Positions 53,001 to 62,000 of a DNA stretch of 64,000 bases are shown one piece after another; within the stretch, counting starts at the first letter, position 1; each line of letters begins with the position of its first letter. Where the stretch lies: NCBI GenBank assembly GCA_964035545.1, contig OZ037766.1:16978722-17042721 (forward strand), read 5' to 3'. The position numbers were made by a program, and so were the translations under genes. Below the pieces are notes generated by a model. The model worked only from the letters and a program-made list of their open reading frames with translations. It was not told the origin of the DNA and made no database searches. The stretch is from Bugula neritina (Eukaryota > Animalia > Bryozoa).

Positions 53001-56000
53001 AGCAGAGAGATACCCCTATAGTTTCCACAATCGGCTCTGTTACCCTTCTTGTAAAGAGTTACAATATTAGCATCCTTAAGATCAGGATGAAGTGATTCTT
53101 TTTCCCAAATCAGCTGAAAGAGTTCCAGCAATTTTCTGTTCAATTCTAGCCCACCACCTTTAAAAATCTCTCCAGGTATTCCATCCGGTCCGGCAGCTTT
53201 TCCTGACTTAGTCATGGATAATGCTTTCTCAAGTTCGTCAATCGTTGGGGGTTCGGCTAGGTGGGTCAGTATTGACAGTTGTGGCAGACATTCTAAGGTC
53301 TTCTCATCCACCATAGTGTCTTGGTTAAGCAGCTCTGAGAAATGTTCAGCCCATCTGCCTTTGATCTCATCTTTCCCCTTATGTATTGTGGAACCATCTT
53401 TGGAAGCTATTGGCCCACATCCTCCAAAAATTGGGCCATACAATCTCTTCGTAGCGGAAAAGAACTCTTTGCTACTGTTTGTCTCAGCAAGTCTCTGAAG
53501 TTCCTCAGATTTTTGGATCCACCAGTCATTTTTTATTGTCCTTATTCTCGCCTGTACTTTCCCTCTCATTTTATGATAATGTTCCCTTTTTTCCACATTT
53601 CTATAGTCTTGGTGCCATAAGCTGAAAGCATGGCGTTTCTTCCTCATGAGCTCGTTTATTTCTTGTTCGTTGTCATCAAACCAATCTTCATGTTTTCGTT
53701 CTGGTTTACCCAGGGTTGAGTGGCATGTTTTCAAGATTGAATCTCTCAGAACTTCCCAGCTGCCATGAGTAGAATTTATGTCAATATCTTGGATATTCTC
53801 TGTAAGCTCACTTTGGAAGCTCTGCTTTATTTCTGGCTGGTTGAGCAGCGATAGATTTATTTTTGTCTGCTTTCTTTTCCTGTTCATTTGTTTTGGATGA
53901 ATACATATGTTCATCTTTGCCAGAATCAGTCGATGGTCTGTCCAGCAAGCATCAGATAGGTCCATAGCTCGGGTTATACGCACATCCTGCACATCCCGTT
54001 GTTTGACAATGATGTAGTCGATAAGGTGCCAGTGGCCAGATCTGGGATGTCTCCATGAGGTCTTGCGTCGGTCTTTCTGTCTAAAAAGAGTGTTTGTGAT
54101 TGCCAAGGAGTGTTCAGCACATTTGGTGAGCAGCATTTCCCTATTGCTATTTAGCTTCCCAGTCCCATATTTACCAATTATCTTTTTCCACACATGGTGA
54201 TCTTTTCCAACCCGAGCATTAAAATCTCCAAGGACCATGATTTTCGCACTCTTGGGGATCCCTGATAGAACCATATCTAGATTTGAGTAGAACTGCTCCT
54301 TTTCCTGATGATCAGCAAGCAATGTCGGTGCATATGCTGAGATCAATGTTGCTTTCCTGTTGCGGCGTAGGTTTAGTTGGAGAGTCATCATCCTGTCGTT
54401 GATTCCCACTGGTAGCTGGTCGAGTTTCCTCACAACCTCATTCTTGATAGCAAAACCAACCCCATGAACTCTCTGTTCATCGGCCGGTTTCCCTCTCCAG
54501 AAAAAAGTGTACCCACCACCAATTTCCGTGAGCTGCCCTTCATCAGCTAAGCGAGTTTCCTGAAGGGCTGCTATGTCTACATTTAGTCTTCTGAGTTCAC
54601 GAGCTATGAAAGCCGTTCTTCTCTCAGGTCTGTTTGGTTTATCATTGTCCATCATTGTCCGTACATTCCAGGTTGCTATGTTCATTTGTATTTTCTGACC
54701 GCAAAGAGGTGAACCCGCTGGACGCGGTAATCCAGCCAGGATGAGTTGGGAGCAGACTATGTTTGGGGCACCTTTTCTAGCCCTCTCCTCTGATTGAGGT
54801 GAGCAGAGTGGGTTCTAAAAAGGACTGCTCAGTCATAGAGATCACTACCGAACAACCATACTGCTCCCTGTCCTAAGTTGAGCGACTGATAAATCTCTAC
54901 CGCCTACGTGCTGGTTTGTAACTGGAAACTTCCAGGCTTCACTGCCCTGTTCCCGTCGCTACGCCCCAATCGCCGCAAGGCTTGAGGAGGGTTGCAAGCA
55001 GAAGCTGTGCGTGGTGTAGAGCATTGTCGCACGAAACGATACTCTGTAAGCTTGGCTAGGCATGTCTGGATCCAGTGGCAAGGGAGCCTCGACGACTGGA
55101 AAACATGCCTAGTTGCAGTGAATGGCCGTTGATTCATGGAATTCATTTGCCCTTTCAGTTTCCTGACTATATACTATACTATACTATACTATAATATACT
55201 ATGCTGTATAGTATAGCAGGATTTTGATAAACCCTCAAACTCTTTTTGTAATCTAAATCTGAATTGCTTACAATAATATAATTGAGTTGAGGTGCATCGA
55301 TGCTGCATATGGTTAATCAGTTTATCTTTTCTTCTCAGTTTCCTTTATTAATCTTATGCTTGAAACCTGGTAAAATGTACAATGCAAGTAAAACACGTTG
55401 AATAAACTAAATATTATAATTGCAGATGTGTGTAGAAATAGGTACAATACAACAAGAACTTTAGAATTAACCTGATAAAAACTACAGTATAAGTTAACGT
55501 GCTAAACTAGCCAAATATTATAATTAAGTAATTGCTGCGGTAATACTTGTAGCACTAGGCTAGCTCACTACTATTACTACTAGCTGTTAGTTCAAAGTTT
55601 GCACCAACATCTGGGTTGCCAAAGCATAAAGTCACAGCCAATGGGCGGTAGGCTGCGCGCTGCTTTGGGGTAATTATCTAATCAACAAATAAGCATAACG
55701 ATAACTAGCAGTCGTAGTGCTGGAATCAAGAGATGTAGTATAGTGTATATGTAATGTAGTATATGTAGTAATATATAGTATATATGTAATGTATATGTAT
55801 TTAGTATATGTAATATAGTGACCAATTAAAATGCAACGCTATGCTAAATACTCGCTTGACTATTAGATCACCATTACAAGTATACTATATTATACTACAC
55901 TATACTACACTATAAGGGTAGGGGGGGGGGCACAACGATCTTGGGGGTACAAAAAGCCGGTCAAATTGTGAGAGAACTTATTGACTTAAAGTTGTAATTT

Positions 56001-59000
56001 CTTTTTAATAAAAAGGTATTGACATAATTTTTAAGCCATTGTAGTTTCAACACTTGCAGAGCATACCTGTTAAAGAGGTGCGTCAAAAACTGTTTTTACC
56101 AACTTTTTGTAAATTTTTTAAGATGTAGTTAAAGCTTTATAACTTTTTACACTGAAAGGTAACAAGCCTAGATTTTACTGATGTTGTTGCCATTGCTTGT
56201 CTCTATATTGCTTAATTAGAATAACAGCAAACTCTAAAATAAATTTACCTTGAGCCACATTTATTTTCAACTTGGCCACACGGGCACAATGGACCACCTG
56301 ATCCTTGCACCCTGATCACTGTTATTAGTTTGTTTGCCCAAAAAGTTAGATGAAATGTTAATAAAATCTATAGATATAGCCATTTTTGATCCTTTTGTAA
56401 AGTATCAAAGACATTATGGTAAGACTACCAAACTACAAGATGAAGCTCCCCTAATAGGCCTATATACATTTGGTGAGGTTATGGCTTTGCCATTTTATAC
56501 ATTATACAAAACACTCTGCTGTTGCTACTAATTGATAGTCATGATATTCATTATACATTATATCATTGAGGGAGTATACATGTATTTGACTAAAATAAAT
56601 TTTGATTTGCACATTCCCTCCGCCCTCCCCTTCTGCATTCCAGTCACAAACCTCAGCCATGCACCTTAGCTACAGTTCATAGAAAAAAGTCCACTCGAAA
56701 TTTTGTAGTACATGTTACTAAAGTTTTTTCTGATGAGAGTTCTTGTGAAGTGGAAATAGAAAAAACATTTTTATTTCGAAACAGTAATATTAGTCATGGA
56801 CTCACTATGTATTTATAACCAACTTGAAAGTATTTAGGGTTATATATTACGGATATTTTGTAGTTACTGAAGCAGATTGTGATGAACTGTCTGAACAAAG
56901 CTGCTAGTAATGGCCATGTTTCTATAGCGTTTCCTGCTTTGGGTACGGGTAACTTGGGCTACCCTCCGGCAATATCAGCTCAGCACATGATAGAAGCTAT
57001 TATGGACTATTCTAAGGGAAATCCTAAGAGTAGTATCACTCAGGTCAAGGTTATTGTCTATCACTCAGATGTCAACACAAAGAAGGTTCAGTAGTTTATC
57101 ACCAATTTACAGATTTCTGTTGAATTTCAAAATGTTAACTTATTTTCAGGGTGCAGAAACACAGGAATAATGCTTTCTAACTTTTTATTTTTGAGTTTTA
57201 AATTGTTTTGCTGCCAAATGCTATGGGGAACCTTGAAAATTGCAAAATCAGTGATAACTTGAAAACAAATTAATGAAATGGAATGCTGTCAATTTTTTGT
57301 TCAGGGGTTTGAAAATGAGATGGCATTGCTGACAGCTGGTAACTCAATACAGACGAATCTACAGCCTAAGGTTGTGGGTTTCGATTCTGCAAATCATGTG
57401 GGAACTAGCATGAAAGGTAAAACTTTTCTAATGCTTTAAAATAAAAATTCTATGCAAATATTCAAATGCCCAGAACTGTACAACCCTGCTATTACATATT
57501 TGGGTTATATTTTTAATCTTTCCATGGGTTTATACATTGTCCATGGTTGAATAACATCTAAACTAAAGAAATAAAGAATTTATTTTAAGAGTTCATTATG
57601 TTCAAGAAGACTGGAATCATGTTAGAAATTGATTGAAGTGTTTTGAGAAATGATGATTTAGCTTGTGAAAATGCACCAATTTTATGACTTAGCTAATTGT
57701 ATTATAGCATTTGATTGTCCTCTCCATAGACATTTCTCCAGGTCTGTGTAAAAGAGCTCGCAAGGGGTTTCAACAGTCCTTATTTAGATTATATGTTATA
57801 TCAACTACAAATACTATATATTATATACTAGTTTAGCTACAAAGACTATATATTATGTACTAGTTTAGCTACAAAGAATATTATATATTATATATCAGTT
57901 CAGCTACAAAGACTATAGATTATATATTAGTTCAGCTACAAAGGCTATATATTATATGCTAGTTCAGCTACAAAGACTATAATATATTATATACCAGTTT
58001 AGCTACAAAGACTATATATTATGTACTAGTTTAGCTACAAAGAATATTATATATTATATATCAGTTCAGCTACAAAGACTATATATCATATACTAGTTCA
58101 GGTACGAAGATTATTTATTATATAAAAGTTCAAATACAAAGACCATATAATACAGATATCTTATGGTTCTACTTGTAGTAACTGGTAAATACACGATTAC
58201 TGACAAGACAATAAAACTAGCATCTGGCATCAGTATTGAGTTGGTGTATGGTGACCTCGTGACATCACAGGTATGTTGTTCTGGAATGTTCTACTGTAAG
58301 TTATCTGATTGTAGAAAAGTTACTAGTTACCAGTAGTATGTCTCTACAGCCAGCTTCTGGTCAGTGTTATGATCTATCTTGTGTATCTGGATTGTTACTT
58401 AAACAAATCTTAGCATTGCATAATGTTATGATCTATCTTGTGTAGCTAGTTTGTAGAAAAAGGCCAAAGCTATACATGATTCTCATGTTAAACTAGCAGC
58501 AAATTTTTGGGCTGTTTTTTATGTTTCTCTGGATTTAGATATGTGACTTGAATCCTAGACTATCAGCTCTTTTGTAGGAGGATACTCTGGTAAACTCTGT
58601 GGGAAATGACATGAATCTGTCTAATGGTAAAGTTGCTGTTGCTCTGTCCAACAAAGCTGGGCCACAGCTGCAAGCAGCATGTAAAGCTCTGGCACCTATT
58701 AAAGCAGGCGACGTGAAGGAGACAGATGGGTTCAACTTGGCCTGTAAGAAAGTGCTGCACTGCAACTGTCCAGGGTGGCCGGGTCCTCAGACTATACCAG
58801 TAAGCAATTAGTCATGGTCTTGCATTGACTTTATTTATCTAAAATATTTACCCCTTCTGGGATTTGAACCGCATACCATTAGCTACTAAGCTTAAAATGC
58901 TAACCATTATACCGCAGAGGTTAGTGGGTTGTTTCAACACTGCAAACTCTAGTTACTCTCAAAATTTATTAATTTAGCATGTTACCTGACTTTTATGATG

Positions 59001-62000
59001 AATTCATGTTCAAACTTATATAAATTTAGATGTAACTTTTGACAGATCTATAAATTAGATCCAAGTAAACATTTTGATGCTGAGGGCTCGACATCATCAC
59101 TTTTGCCCGTAACATCTGCAGTCTTGTACTGTACTACAGTGACATCTGCCGTCCTGTAATATACTAAAGTGACATCTGCAGTCCTGATGTGAACACTTTT
59201 AATTGAGCAACTTTTGTAACCCTTAGTGTGCCGCCTACTCAGTATAATCTCCATGTTAGTCAAAACAGAGGTTTCATCTCAGTTAGCGCTATTTTTTATT
59301 ATGGTACAATATATAGCAATATACCCTTATGTATCTATATAACTGTTGCACTGATTTCTAAACATGAAATAATAGTTATTATGAATTATCTGGAATAATA
59401 TTCTAATTTTCACGGATTTGTGTAGGACAAAAATAGTAATGCATTAATAATAGACATTATCTTTAATTAATACTTATTAACGAAATATTTTTTCAAACAA
59501 CAAGAAGTAGGCTATAGAAGTATTGAAGCACTGTTACTGTACATAGCTTCTTATTATGTGTGTTGCTAATGGCTTCTTTGCCTCCTATTACATTTGCTAA
59601 ATAACAAACAGTTGATCTAAATTTATTTAAATATACCTACATATATTTTAGTAACATTCAAATAAATTGCACATAGAATACATCTATTATACCAAAATAA
59701 ATAAATAGCATCTAACTGGGAAGCATCTATCTGGAATGACAACAACACAAAGTCTAGTCCTAAGTGTTCGTATTTAAAATTTTATTGACTTTGTCTTCTC
59801 TATTTAACTCACTTTTTGATGGAAAACTGTGAATACAGACTTCTTAGTTCTATCATAAAATAGAAAATTTGACTAACTTGCAATTAAACAGAGTTTTGGA
59901 AAAGTTACAAAAAGCTAAGATTACTGGCTTGACTTTCATTATCATTCACATTGTTATATTCAATTCATGATAGTCATCAACTCACTATGCATTTATAACC
60001 AACTTGTAAGTTTTTAGGGTTATATATTACGAATATTTTGTAGTTACTGAAGCAGATTGTGATGAACTGTCTGAACAAAGCTGCTAGTAATGGCCATGTT
60101 TCTATAGCGTTTCCTGCTTTGGGTACGGGTAACTTGAACTACCCTCCAGCAATATCAGCTCAGTACATGATAGAAGCTATTATGGAGTATTCTAAAGGAA
60201 ATCCTAAGAGTAGTATCACTCAGGTCAAGGTTATTGTCTATCACTCAGATGTCAACACAAAGAAGGTTCGGTTTCTTAATTTCTGTCCTACAGTTTGAAG
60301 AGATATTAATTGGCTTCGAGACACAATCTGTTTTCACTTTCTGAACAACATCTTAGCTGTAATCAAAATAGTTCTCCTGGGGCTCTTAACAGGACTTTAT
60401 TCAGCAAAAGCTAAGCAATAACTTAAAATGGACAGCATTTATAAAACGGAAGTACTGCATAGCTCAAGTCCAAATTTTGTTTGAATGCTATTGAATTACA
60501 ATAAAATATAATATGTATAGTATAAGATTATATGTTAACAAACAATTACATAATACATAACTATACTGCTTTTACAATAAAGCCATTAACACCACATTAG
60601 CAAAACTGAAAGTATTTTTTGCAGGGTTTTGAAGATGAGATAACACGGCTTTCAAATATTAAACCAGGGAAAATGAATCTACAGCCTAAGGCTATAGAAC
60701 CATGTTCTGGAGGATATGAAGCCTCGGGCACAAAAGGTAACCTTCACATTCCAGTGTAGTTTGTGTGCAAATTTTTTCTATCTACTTGTCTAGTCTAGTG
60801 CTGCGACTTTTAGTCTCAAAACAATTGTGAAATGTATTTGGGAAAAATTATTTTGGAAAGTAATTCAAGTGTTCGGAAGAATTGCTGAAATCAAAGAAGA
60901 AATAGTCAGTGAAAATGCAACAGTTTTATGTCACAGCATTATTTTTATATATTACTCGCTTTATCCTCAGGTTTACATAAAGGGGCTCTCATAGGGTGGC
61001 TGGCTGTTCACAATACAAATGTTAGAATTGTTAAAGGAGATATCACTGATTTCAAAGCTGATGCGTTGGTTAATAGTACAGATGGAGTGCTCAGTATAAC
61101 AGGTACTAGTGTGTAGTAGACAAAGTATGACTCTGTAGTAGATGGAGTATGACTCTGTAGTAGATAGAGTTTTACTATGTAGTATATTATAGAGTATGAC
61201 TCGGTAGTATTATATAGAGTATGACTCTGTAGTAGATAGAGTATGTCTACTTCTCTATTTCCTTTGTATACTTACATGAATAAAGCCAGTTTGATTTTGG
61301 TGTGAAGTTTTTTCAGATAGGCTCCAAGTTAAAAGTAATTTATGTTCATTTAGATTGTGTCTATTTGCTGTTGAAAATTGACATAAGACTATGAGATGCA
61401 TACACTATAATAGCTTATTCAGACGGTCAACGAATTGGACGAATAGCGGACCAAAATGGCACGACAAATGCAAATTTTGTTAGTTTTGGATCACATAATC
61501 AAACCACGGCGTCAATTGTGCCAAACTAGCGTCCTTCGATTGGTCTGACAGTAGAAGAGTTTGTTCATTTTGGATCACGTTATCGACTTTTCAAAATTTT
61601 GTTGGAGCTTGACCCAGCAAGGTTTCAGCTGACGATTTTTCTGATTGCACTCCATTGGCTTATTTCAAAAAGCAAAAAGTGCGGGCATAATTCACATGGC
61701 AAACAAGTTGCTCAAGCGGCATTGTTTGTAACTAAATTAAATCATCAATATTTTAGTACTTTTAATAATAATAGATAATAATTATTCAAAATAAACAAAT
61801 TTGTAGGAAGCATATTATTTTGCTGGTCAGCAGCACTTTAAAATTATTTCAAGCAGTTTTCACGACAGAAATACGTTTTAATACAAAGATGCCCATAAGC
61901 AACTGAGTCAATGTGCACAAGGGTATGACTAAAATGGGTGGCCACCTGGTGTCGCGGTCCATGACACCCATTTTAGTCATGGGGGGGGGGTTTGACTAAA

